From: Synechococcus sp. | GTDB taxonomy: Bacteria; Cyanobacteriota; Cyanobacteriia; PCC-6307; Cyanobiaceae | DNA: 64,000 bases | Assembly (NCBI GenBank): GCA_047285805.1 | Contig: JBJBCN010000002.1 | Coordinates: 1,312,001 to 1,376,000 of the forward strand | Direction of reading: 5' to 3' | Shown: one piece after another, positions 19,877 to 28,205 of the stretch | How positions within the stretch are numbered: the stretch's first letter is position 1 | How the letters are laid out: every line of letters begins with the position of its first letter | The notes under the pieces: model-generated | What the model was told of the DNA's origin: nothing | Database searches by the model: none | The model's input: only the letters and a program-made list of their open reading frames with translations | Program-made: the position numbers and the translations under genes

Positions 19877-21174
19877 TGGGACGCCCTGCAAAAAACGAAA
19901 TCGGCAACACTTATGGCTTGCTGACAGTCGTTAGCGCCGGTCCCAAAAAGGGAAGTGCTACAGCTTGGATGTGTAGATGTGCTTGCGGAAATCAAGAGCT
20001 AATCCACTGCAGTGGGACGGAGCTAAGGGGAGGAGGTCGTAAAAGCTGTGGATGTATCAACCAGACACGACTGGAAGATCTGACTGGCCAGGTATTTGGA
20101 CACCTAACGGTTGTGGAGCGGGGTCCCAACATTGGGCGAAGACCAGGCTGGTCTTGTCAATGCGATTGCGGCAGCCCAAAACTTGTTCTTCTTAGAGCAG
20201 ACCAACTAAAGAAAGGAATCCCTGGAGACTGTGGCTGCTCGAAAACACCTTATACGAAAGGTATTTATGGTCCTTTTATCGATCGCCGGACGGCACTAAA
20301 GCAGGGGTTAACGCAGTACTTCCCTGGTTCTTTATGCGCTAAAGGGCACCTATCGCCAAGAATGACCTCTGGAGGATCATGCATGGTCTGCATACGCGAG
20401 CTGGCAGCAAAGAAACAGAAGGAGGGCTATTTCCGCGAATATGCAGCCAAGCGCAGAAAAACAGATCCCGACTGGAAGGCGAATAAAGCACGAGTAGCTC
20501 GAGAGTCATACCATCGTCATAAAGACGACGAGGGTGCCAAGGAAAAGAGAAGAGATTGGTACGAAAAGCACAAGACGACTGACTGGTACAAGGAGGCTTC
20601 AAAACGAGCCAAGGCCAAGTTCGTAGCTAGTGGGAAAAAAGCCCAGGCAGATCGGGCGTATAGCCAGAGCCAGGCAGGAACGGTTGCACGCATCAAAGCT
20701 CGCAGGGCGTGGCGAGAAAAGTTTGAGGCTGAGAAGGGCATGCCCATCAGCAGCTGGAGGCTGAAGAACGACCCTCAGTTCAAATTGCATGTCCGTTTAA
20801 ATCAACGCATCAGCGACGTCTTGAAGAGGCAGGGGGTCGTGAAAGCATCAAAAACAGTTGACCTAATAGATGCTGAAATCGTCCACTTCAAGGCTTATCT
20901 CGCAGCCAACTGGGTCGAGGGCATGAGCTGGGAGAACTACGGTCGAGATGGTTGGCACGTTGATCACATACGACCTTGTGCAAGTTTTGACCTCACGGAT
21001 GAGGACCAGCAACTCGTTTGCTTCAACTGGAGAAATCTAAGGCCCATGTGGGCCACCGAGAACATCTCCAAGAGCGATAACTATGACCCTGCAGATGAAG
21101 TCGAATGGGCTGAGATGATGGTTGAGCTTGGCTTTGAGGGTGAGCTTTTTCTCCTCTATACGACCAACGAATGA
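19876..21174 (+). CDS. Multi-domain HNH endonuclease
   Basis: Two G..(Y/F)G.LTV..W.C.C.CG..CGC repeats, a C.KGH...R....G.C..C module, C-terminal GMSWENYG..WHVDHIRP...NLRPMW..EN..K. Confidence 0.85.
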   Translation: MGRPAKNEIGNTYGLLTVVSAGPKKGSATAWMCRCACGNQELIHCSGTELRGGGRKSCGCINQTRLEDLTGQVFGHLTVVERGPNIGRRPGWSCQCDCGSPKLVLLRADQLKKGIPGDCGCSKTPYTKGIYGPFIDRRTALKQGLTQYFPGSLCAKGHLSPRMTSGGSCMVCIRELAAKKQKEGYFREYAAKRRKTDPDWKANKARVARESYHRHKDDEGAKEKRRDWYEKHKTTDWYKEASKRAKAKFVASGKKAQADRAYSQSQAGTVARIKARRAWREKFEAEKGMPISSWRLKNDPQFKLHVRLNQRISDVLKRQGVVKASKTVDLIDAEIVHFKAYLAANWVEGMSWENYGRDGWHVDHIRPCASFDLTDEDQQLVCFNWRNLRPMWATENISKSDNYDPADEVEWAEMMVELGFEGELFLLYTTNE

Positions 21175-21380
21175 AGAGATCTGGCACCTGATCTCTTCTC
21201 AGTTTTCACCAGGCTTTAGCATGGTTAACGGGGAAGGGGGAATCTCTACCAACTGCGGATCTTTGCCCTAGCGTTAACTCACTTTTTAACCTGACGCTAG
21301 ACGAACCGTGCGCCTCCGGATGACCCACATAGATTGACCCAACAAGGACCCGACTAAACAGATTCAGTATTATGACTGAA

Positions 21381-21839
21381 TCATTCTTCGATAAACCTTG
21401 TTGTAGGCATGCCCTTGACAGAGGCAACTGTAACCCAGACGATCGTCGGCTCTTTACCGACATTTTCTACATAATGGGGCTCGTTGGCACCTTCAACAAA
21501 TGCCTCACCGGGCTTGAAAACAGTTTTAACTTCAGTCCCGTCAGGCTGAACCCGAGTGTTGAGTAATGAACCAGATCTGACACCTTGCACGTAAACCATC
21601 ATTGGAGCAGGGTGAGTATGCAGGGGAATCTTTCCTCCAGCAGGAATTTCAACTCGATAGAGGCGCAGCTCTGGTTTGCCTGAGGGGTACTTAAGAGCAG
21701 TTCCGTTCAGTGTTTCTGAACTACTAAGGATCTCCTGAATCGCAGGTTTCGTTGAAGTTGACGACGTTTCACCTTTTTGATTAGGACTACATGCAGCCAA
21801 TGCCAGGGCGACGGTTCCGAACGCGAGAAGGCGCTTCAT
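21381..21839 (-). CDS. Cupin-domain lipoprotein
   Basis: LAAC lipobox; PLHTHP...G.AF.E....H cupin motifs. Confidence 0.85.
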   Translation of the reverse strand: MKRLLAFGTVALALAACSPNQKGETSSTSTKPAIQEILSSSETLNGTALKYPSGKPELRLYRVEIPAGGKIPLHTHPAPMMVYVQGVRSGSLLNTRVQPDGTEVKTVFKPGEAFVEGANEPHYVENVGKEPTIVWVTVASVKGMPTTRFIEE

Positions 21840-22011
21840 CCAAGTTGAGATGCTGGGTTGATTCTGCACCAACTAGTCGCAACAAGCTACGGAATAAGCC
21901 CGAGGGAGTGATGCTCCTCGGGCGGAACTGCACCGCTGCAGGAGCTTTCGCGGTTATGCGATCGCGTCCTGCATCGCAGCGAAGCTTTCAGGGTGTCTGA
22001 CGGGGGAACGC

Positions 22012-22242
22012 TCATCCGAGCCTCTGAGCGGCCTCCCAGTACAGGCACGCTGTCTTGACTATCGGAGGTCCGTCCTTGAAAGGCAATGCGCATAAAGCCT
22101 GATTGCCCTCTGTTCGAATCAGGCCGATGGTGGGTCCATCGATCTCGGAGGCGTTTTGGACGACACTCCACCTCAGAAGCATCAGTGAGCTAGCTGACTG
22201 CAGACCCCTGCTCCACAGCTCTTTCTCATCCACCACGGGCAC
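22012..22242 (-). pseudogene. DUF1651-like remnant
   Basis: DGPPIVKT....EAAQRL resembles the DUF1651 core; truncated. Confidence 0.4.
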
Positions 22243-22510
22243 GTCCTAAATCTCGGTTCTGCCGGGGGACACTCCATCCGCACCCAGTGAGGTGCCCTAA
22301 GGAGCAAGAAGGCCCGCCAACTGGAAGCACGGCCCCAGGCGTCGAGATCAGAAGCTCCATCCATCTCTTTCGTCCATCAAGCAGTGGGTGCATCCCATGC
22401 ATGAACGACCTAGGTAGGCCGTCTCTTCCACCGGGGAGGGGCGGCCTTCCTTAATGAGTCGTAATTGGCGTTGCGGAGCGTCGGTCAAAATAGGGTGTCG
22501 CTTCAGAACT

Positions 22511-22798
22511 ATGCGCAAGCTTCTGCTCGGGACATTCGCAGTCTTGGCGGCTGCCCTTCCACTTGCGGCGCAGGAACTTTCGAGCCCCGACGGGACCGCT
22601 CCTGATGCGCCAGCACCTGCTGTCGAGCCACCCTCCATCTGGCTCGTTTTGCGATACGGAGTAGGCGGTCCTGGAGCGCTAGAAAAAATAGAGATGCGAG
22701 ACATGGCGCAATGTGAAATGCAAGGTGCCATTTGGGAGTCAAGTAAGCGCCTCAGTGAAGGTGGTTACACAGGTTTTGAGTGTATGGAAGGCAAATGA
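22511..22798 (+). CDS. Secreted two-Cys hypothetical protein
   Basis: Signal peptide; WLVL..KIEM..M.QCE.QG..W.SS..GFEC.EG; paralogue of 34072-34386. Confidence 0.8.
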   Translation: MRKLLLGTFAVLAAALPLAAQELSSPDGTAPDAPAPAVEPPSIWLVLRYGVGGPGALEKIEMRDMAQCEMQGAIWESSKRLSEGGYTGFECMEGK

Positions 22799-23322
22799 AA
22801 AGATTTAGAGCCGCATTATTGGTATCCGCGTCAATCTCATGTCTTGGCATGAATCCTGCTTTCGCCGACTTTGGAGATGCAGACTTTCCTGAAGCCCTGT
22901 TTAACGACGGTCCCCGCAGCTATCACGATGCTTGGTGCCGAAGGATAAAGAACAAGTGTCGGGTGCGCTTCCAGGGAAAGGGAATGTGGGTCGAGGGGCA
23001 AGGCGGGATTCAGCGCTCGCAACTAAAAAGTTTCAGAACAGATTTTGACGGAAACGAGTTCTATAACTATGTGGACTACATATCGTCGGAAGGCCGCCTT
23101 AAAAGTGCGTTATTCATGTTTTCAAACTTTGAAGCCAACAGGGAGTTCCTTCGCGCAGTGGTGAGGTGGCAGCGAATGGATGCAAGCCCAGTGCCGAACT
23201 TTCGTTTTCCAGCAAGCCAGGGTCCACAGGACACGCATGGTCGAGATAAGAGCTACGGCAGGAACAACAATCCTTATGCCAATCCGCCAATTACTGACTG
23301 GAAAGAAAAGACCACGCCCTAG
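22795..23322 (+). CDS. Secreted hypothetical protein
   Basis: ATGA overlap with upstream gene; close paralogue of 33473-33997. Confidence 0.85.
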   Translation: MKRFRAALLVSASISCLGMNPAFADFGDADFPEALFNDGPRSYHDAWCRRIKNKCRVRFQGKGMWVEGQGGIQRSQLKSFRTDFDGNEFYNYVDYISSEGRLKSALFMFSNFEANREFLRAVVRWQRMDASPVPNFRFPASQGPQDTHGRDKSYGRNNNPYANPPITDWKEKTTP

Positions 23323-23370
23323 CGGTAGGCCTGGTTGGTCGTAATCAGCCTTGCGGTGTCACAGACTTGC

Positions 23371-23730
23371 TCACGCCATCAGCGAATGAATGATCTTAAT
23401 CAGTTCTGCTTTGGTGAGCTTCTCTAAGGGCGGTGGTGGTGCTTGAACATTATTTTCCTTTAACAACTTACATAGAGCTGACTTGTTCAGGCCAGAGAAT
23501 CGCTTTAGTCCGTTCTCTTTACAGAGACTTCGCAGGGTCTTCACCGACTGCTTTTCAAAGCTGCCTTTGCCGAGGAGCAAACTTAGTCTGTCTTCACCCT
23601 TAAGTCGGCCTGCGCCTGAATTGCCTTGATTCGCTTTTTGAAGTTCTTCGCTGATTTCGCGCAGGCTGCGTGCATCCGATTGCGCAACCTCTCTTAAGTT
23701 GGCCCTAAGGGCTTCAGAGATCTTTCCCAT
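23371..23730 (-). CDS. Helical protein with HeH/Rho-N-like domain (module gene Y2)
   Basis: SVKTLRSLCKENGLKRFSGLNKSALCKLL and LTKAELIKII; AAGGAG RBS inside the upstream gene. Confidence 0.75.
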   Translation of the reverse strand: MGKISEALRANLREVAQSDARSLREISEELQKANQGNSGAGRLKGEDRLSLLLGKGSFEKQSVKTLRSLCKENGLKRFSGLNKSALCKLLKENNVQAPPPPLEKLTKAELIKIIHSLMA

Positions 23731-24223
23731 CAGACTCCTTCAATTTGGCTTGAATCGACTGTTGCTTCTCGATAAGTGTTTCTAGCTTCTCTTTTGATCT
23801 TGTCCAGCGTGTGATGAACTCGATTACAGCCTTCATCAGGTTCCCAAGGAAGTTGCCGCCCTGATAGGTACGACGACCACTTCTGTAAGCCTCGAATTGA
23901 GTCACCAGATCATCTCCGGCATCTTCTAGCTCTCCAATAACTCCGGTCACAATCTCAAGCATTTCATAAGCCTCTGCTCGTACAGATGCTTCACGCTCGG
24001 CTATCGATCTGAGTTTCCCCTCTAGCTCAGACATGGCCGCGCGACTGCGTTGTGCTTGCCCGCGAAATTGTCCTCGACTCACCATGAGCCCCCTGTAGGA
24101 GCTTCTTAAATCCAAATAAACGGATTCCAGAGCCTCACGCTCTAGCTGACTTACCTCGGCAGGAAATGCGCTAGTTGAAGGGAGCATGCTGGTCATGGGG
24201 GTTGGTTCGTCTTTTTGATTCAT
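23714..24223 (-). CDS. Coiled-coil hypothetical protein (module gene X2)
   Basis: Paralogue of 24627-25091 (SRGQFRG, ELEDAG..L...FE, L..AV..FI). Confidence 0.75.
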   Translation of the reverse strand: MNQKDEPTPMTSMLPSTSAFPAEVSQLEREALESVYLDLRSSYRGLMVSRGQFRGQAQRSRAAMSELEGKLRSIAEREASVRAEAYEMLEIVTGVIGELEDAGDDLVTQFEAYRSGRRTYQGGNFLGNLMKAVIEFITRWTRSKEKLETLIEKQQSIQAKLKESDGKDL

Positions 24224-24265
24224 GAGCTTCTAGAGAAGAATCACAAGGGGGAATGACTCATCACA

Positions 24266-24640
24266 TCAATTTGAGAATTGCCTTTGGGAATCGATCCAGT
24301 ACGCCAGGAGTTGTTCGTAGCTGGGCGCTAGGGGTGCGTGGTTGTTTATCAGGAATGTGATTATGTCTGCCTTACGCTTCGGCTTACTTCTGTTCGGTAG
24401 GTTCATTCGGGTTGCTATCGCCCTCAGCTCGCCGACCTTTAGTTTCGAGAATTGATCTTCCTTGGCTGGAGGGAGTGCACGAAATGCCTCTGGTGCGAAG
24501 GCTTTTGCATCTACCTCCTCTCTTAAAGCGGCGAGAGCCTTGTTCTGGGAGTCAATATGAGATCCAATATCTCGTGCGAGTTGTTTATCAAGACTATTTA
24601 TCTCCTCAATAGCTGCTATTAGGCCATCAGCTATCGACAT
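24266..24640 (-). CDS. Helical protein with HeH/Rho-N-like domain (module gene Y1)
   Basis: FSKLKVGELRAIATRMNLPNRSKPKRKADIITFL; N-terminus aligns with Y2. Confidence 0.75.
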   Translation of the reverse strand: MSIADGLIAAIEEINSLDKQLARDIGSHIDSQNKALAALREEVDAKAFAPEAFRALPPAKEDQFSKLKVGELRAIATRMNLPNRSKPKRKADIITFLINNHAPLAPSYEQLLAYWIDSQRQFSN

Positions 24641-25091
24641 TGCTTTCACCCCTCACTGCGGCGAGACGAGCTTTTTGCTCTTCTCTGGCCTCTCTGGCTT
24701 GCTGCATGGCCAAACGGAAGGTCTGAATGAAAGCCCGCACTGCTTCCACGAGTGCACTGCCTGAAAACAAGCCCCAAGCACCGTTGTTTTCAAAAGCGTC
24801 TTCCAATGCGACGCCGGCGCCCTCAAGTTCCTTGAGTACTTGGCCGTAGCCCAAGACAATCTTGTTTAACTCTGCTTTTTGACGGAGGGTGAGGTCCATC
24901 TTTTCCTGGAACTCCAGCAGCTCTGCTTGGAGCTGAGCGATATGGGCCTTTTGCCTCGTGACAGTTCCCTTGTACTGACCCCTCGCGCGATTCAGGTACT
25001 GAGCTTCGTCGAACAGACGGTTGTAGAGCTTCAGGACATCGGCCCCAGGGTGGATGGGGTACCGGTTCCGCGTGATTTGTACTGGAGTCAT
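24627..25091 (-). CDS. Coiled-coil hypothetical protein (module gene X1)
   Basis: ARGQYKG, ELEGAG..L...FE, LVEAVRAFI. Confidence 0.75.
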   Translation of the reverse strand: MTPVQITRNRYPIHPGADVLKLYNRLFDEAQYLNRARGQYKGTVTRQKAHIAQLQAELLEFQEKMDLTLRQKAELNKIVLGYGQVLKELEGAGVALEDAFENNGAWGLFSGSALVEAVRAFIQTFRLAMQQAREAREEQKARLAAVRGESNVDS

Positions 25092-25173
25092 CGCTGTTCA
25101 GCCTGGTCCTTATCCGAAGTTTCTAGCACACAAGGTGTCTACACCCCGTGCTCACCCGGGCTACACTTATTTC

Positions 25174-25332
25174 ATGCCCACGACCAAGCCCCGAGTCGGC
25201 TGGATCATTGATCCCACGCTGCTCGACAAGCTCAAGGAGCTTTCCGATAAGAGCGGCCGTACCGTTCCCAAAGAGGCTGAACAGGCGATTAAGAACTGGC
25301 TTCAGCTCCACGGGAAGCTCCCCGTCGATTGA
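25174..25332 (+). CDS. Ribbon-helix-helix regulator
   Basis: 52 aa; beta-strand RVGWII then LLDKLKELSDKSGRTVPKEAEQAI; divergent from the four-gene operon. Confidence 0.75.
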   Translation: MPTTKPRVGWIIDPTLLDKLKELSDKSGRTVPKEAEQAIKNWLQLHGKLPVD

Positions 25333-25559
25333 AGCTCGGTCCTGGCCGCTGATCATTCGTAGGGCTGGTTACGTCAGTGGACTTGGCCCGTCTCTGTCAG
25401 TTCAGCGGCAATAAAAAACCGCGGTGGCTTCTCCGCGGCTTAGATCTCCCTACCCGGGACTCGTCCCAGATGTCGTCATGGTGCCGGCGGTGGGAGCCGC
25501 TTCAATAGGGACGCCTACTCATCTCTGGTAGAGGTATCGCAACCGGATAGGCCATTCGA

Positions 25560-25659
25560 GAAGGTTTTGAAGGTTTTAAAGGTGCTGTCCGCACAGGCAC
25601 GTGACTCAAGGCGAGTGATGCCCTTGGGGGAGGGGCCTTCAAAACCTTCAAAACCTTCA
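25560..25659. repeat. Inverted iteron arrays, putative replication origin of element B
   Basis: GAAGGTTTT-GAAGGTTTT-AAAGGT facing CCTTC-AAAACCTTC-AAAACCTTC, immediately downstream of the helicase. Confidence 0.75.
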
Positions 25660-25664
25660 GTCAC

Positions 25665-27035
25665 TCAGCTACTCATTGCTTTGAGCACCTCCTCGACAGG
25701 GCGAAAGAGTGATGCGGGGGCACCTCCCCGCCTCCCGTTCGAGTCTCTGAACCCGTCCTCAACGATCAGATGTTTGCGCTCTAAAGCCAGGAGCGTCTCC
25801 CTGGCCTTTTGAGGAGCATTCACCTCAATCCCCAAGGCATTGCCTAAGTGAACCGCATCCATACCCCTCTTGGTGGAGAGGTAGTGATGACATAGGTCTT
25901 TGAGCGCCTTGTACTGACGATCTGTGAGGTCGTCGAGCACTCCCTGAATTGCAGCTTGCCTTGCAACCTCCTCGCCGGATCCATGAAGGATCCAGCCAGT
26001 GTTGGTTTGCTCTATCAAGAGGTCAATTGGAGCTGACTCGCGGCCCTCTGCCATCAGCTTGCTCCGCTTGTCTCGTTGAGCGAGCGGGTTGTCATCGCCG
26101 TCCCCAAGAGACGCGATAGCAAGGGTTTGGCTCACGGCTCCGGGCAGAGCGTTATTGCCTCGACTGGCCTCTGAGGCCCGCAATGCACCAGGCCGTTTTT
26201 TTGCGTGGTGGATCAACAGCAGCGTTGCCTCGTGGGGAGCAAGTGCTTCTGTCAGATCGATGCAGGGGTCAGCAAAGGAGGCATCGCACTCCTGCAGCCC
26301 AAGCCTGCTGGTGAGTGCGTGATAGCTGTCGAGCAAAACGATCAACCCTGGGTAGCGGGTGCAGTAACCGGCAATTCGCTCGATGCCTTCCTCATCCATT
26401 GAAAGGGGCGCACCCTTATGGAAGAGGCTGACGATTGACGGGTGCATGCTCCGGTCTGGGTAAAGCAGGCCGGCACGCTTGAGGCATATCGCCCAGTCCC
26501 GTTGAGGTTGGTCGCTGCCAACGATCAGGATTTTGGGGTCCGGCCATGGATGCAGAGGCTGTCCCAAGAAGGACGTTTCACCACGGACCAGAGCGCCAAG
26601 GACGGCGCACATCAGCCGTGATTTGCCGACCTTTGGAGGGCCAACGAACAGGTTGCTCGTTGCCTTAAGCAGGACGTTCTCCCAGAGCCAAGGTGCTTCT
26701 TCGAAGGAAAGCTTTCCGCCTTGTGGGATGGGCTCAACGGCGCCCATCAGCTTTCGCCGCTCTTGCCCAAGTAGGCGGCGCATTTCGTCGTCTCGGACGC
26801 GCGTCTGAAGTTCAGATGCGGTTCGGCGTAGGTGGATAAGCCGCTGATGGCTGGGAATGGCCTCATCGCAAAGGAGATCCCGCGCCTTCCTCTGCAGGGT
26901 GCGTAGGTCCTCTGCTGCCGATGGCTTGCGTCGAGGGGTGGGGTCAACGCGTTTGAGCTGACCCTGAACGCGTTGTTGCCGTTCCCTTTGATCAAACGCG
27001 TCTGAGTTGTCGAGATATGCAAGTGGATCGCTCAT
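25665..27035 (-). CDS. RepA-like AAA-family replicative helicase
   Basis: Walker A GPPKVGKS, Walker B IVLLDS, LIHHAKK..RG motif; probable C-terminal winged helix. Confidence 0.85.
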   Translation of the reverse strand: MSDPLAYLDNSDAFDQRERQQRVQGQLKRVDPTPRRKPSAAEDLRTLQRKARDLLCDEAIPSHQRLIHLRRTASELQTRVRDDEMRRLLGQERRKLMGAVEPIPQGGKLSFEEAPWLWENVLLKATSNLFVGPPKVGKSRLMCAVLGALVRGETSFLGQPLHPWPDPKILIVGSDQPQRDWAICLKRAGLLYPDRSMHPSIVSLFHKGAPLSMDEEGIERIAGYCTRYPGLIVLLDSYHALTSRLGLQECDASFADPCIDLTEALAPHEATLLLIHHAKKRPGALRASEASRGNNALPGAVSQTLAIASLGDGDDNPLAQRDKRSKLMAEGRESAPIDLLIEQTNTGWILHGSGEEVARQAAIQGVLDDLTDRQYKALKDLCHHYLSTKRGMDAVHLGNALGIEVNAPQKARETLLALERKHLIVEDGFRDSNGRRGGAPASLFRPVEEVLKAMSS

Positions 27036-27292
27036 CTCGACCTCCTCGCCCACCGGGCCATTCGGAGGCAGCCGATCGGGTCTTGGCGCTCCAGAAGCGT
27101 TGCTGCTCGGTCGTAATCCGCTGAAGACCAGGTTTGTTCGCTGGTGAGACGCAGCAGCTTGCCGGTCAGATCAACGGAGTCCAGAGGCCGCGAAAAATCT
27201 CCGTAATGCCGCCAGCGGTAGCGCTTAGCGACAATTAGGTTGTCGTTAGACATTTCTTCGCGACCCCCAGCGCCAACTGGGGGTTTTTTCAT
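27032..27292 (-). CDS. Hypothetical protein
   Basis: ATGA-coupled to both neighbours. Confidence 0.6.
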   Translation of the reverse strand: MKKPPVGAGGREEMSNDNLIVAKRYRWRHYGDFSRPLDSVDLTGKLLRLTSEQTWSSADYDRAATLLERQDPIGCLRMARWARRSR

Positions 27293-27552
27293 GCCCGAAC
27301 CTGCACGAGGGGCTGGTGCAGACCGAAGGTTTCTACTGAAGAAGCAGGCATACGCCGAAAACCTGTAAAGGCGGCTTCAGTGGTGGCGATATTCCACTGG
27401 AGTGATCCTGCTGTTGTCATTCCAGACCATCGGTAGTGACTTCCCTCGACAAATGGGCTGCGCCCATCACGACGCAGCTTCAACAGCGTCTGCCTGTGAA
27501 TACCAAGGTGGTCAGCCATTACGGCCGAACTCACCCAACTTTGAATTTTCAT
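27289..27552 (-). CDS. Excisionase-like HTH protein
   Basis: MADHLGIHRQTLLKLRR..PF..G.HY; paralogue of 29875-30144. Confidence 0.75.
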   Translation of the reverse strand: MKIQSWVSSAVMADHLGIHRQTLLKLRRDGRSPFVEGSHYRWSGMTTAGSLQWNIATTEAAFTGFRRMPASSVETFGLHQPLVQVRA

Positions 27553-27560
27553 TGGGGGGG

Positions 27561-27779
27561 CTAGATAGACCCCTTCGCCCGTAGAGCAAGCTGAAATGCC
27601 GGAACGGTCAGGAATTTCCTGAGAAGAGGATGCTCCTCTAAGGGGGGGTACAACCTGGTAGTGCGCTCCAACAGCTCAAGCGTCTGCATAAACCTTGTTG
27701 GAGTCCAACCTTTCGGAATCCGAATGGTCTGACCTCCAACGTGCACTGCATTGACGCGTTGCTTCTGCTTGCCCGCCAT
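27561..27779 (-). CDS. Hypothetical protein
   Basis: First gene of the xis-helicase operon. Confidence 0.55.
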   Translation of the reverse strand: MAGKQKQRVNAVHVGGQTIRIPKGWTPTRFMQTLELLERTTRLYPPLEEHPLLRKFLTVPAFQLALRAKGSI

Positions 27780-27930
27780 AGCGAAGGGGAATGAACAGAT
27801 GCCTCGCGCCCAACGGACTCATATCGGTCCATCGTGTTGAGCCTGTGCGATTTAGGAACGCCGGTGCAGAGCAGCTGCGTTCAGCAGGCTCACGATAACG
27901 GCTGTTTTCGATCGTGAAGCCAAGAGATCC

Positions 27931-27954
27931 TTTATCCGGAGATTTATCCGGAGA
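27931..27954 (+). repeat. Arm-type repeats, element B right end
   Basis: TTTATCCGGAGA twice in tandem. Confidence 0.85.
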
Positions 27955-28005
27955 CAGACCGAACGCGATCGCAACGCGCGCCAGAACTATTGCCACACAA
28001 TTAAA

Positions 28006-28043
28006 AAGGGGCCTTCCAGCCCCCATGGATCATTTGGTTGATA
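28006..28043 (-). repeat. att copy, B/A junction
   Basis: AAGGGGCCTTCCAGCCCCCATGGATCATTTGGTTGATA. Confidence 0.95.
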
Positions 28044-28144
28044 GGCATGATCCACAGGATTACGGAAGGAGTGGCCGCAAGCGATTTCGCCGTAAAGCCA
28101 GTCAGAGACTAATCCCAAAGACAGTCCTTGACAGTCGTAGGCGG

Positions 28145-28180
28145 TCAGACAAAACTAATTTGTCGGAAATTTGTCGGAAA
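28145..28180 (+). repeat. Arm-type repeats, element A left end
   Basis: TTTGTCGGAAA twice (28159, 28170) plus an inverted variant TCAGACAAAA at 28145. Confidence 0.85.
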
Positions 28181-28205
28181 TTTGCCCAGGCGGAACCTGT
28201 CCTCC

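Larger units (their letters stand above)
18471..28043. mobile_element. Integrative element B, 9535 bp att-to-att (satellite/tycheposon-like)
   Basis: Flanked by att repeats; integrase, Xis, helicase, iterons; TTATCCGGAGA-type repeats at both ends. Confidence 0.9.

Noticed and set aside
25110..25119. Single near-matches to the B arm repeat (TTATCCGAAG here; TTTATCCGGA at 15667)
   Set aside because: Isolated 9-10 bp matches, compatible with chance
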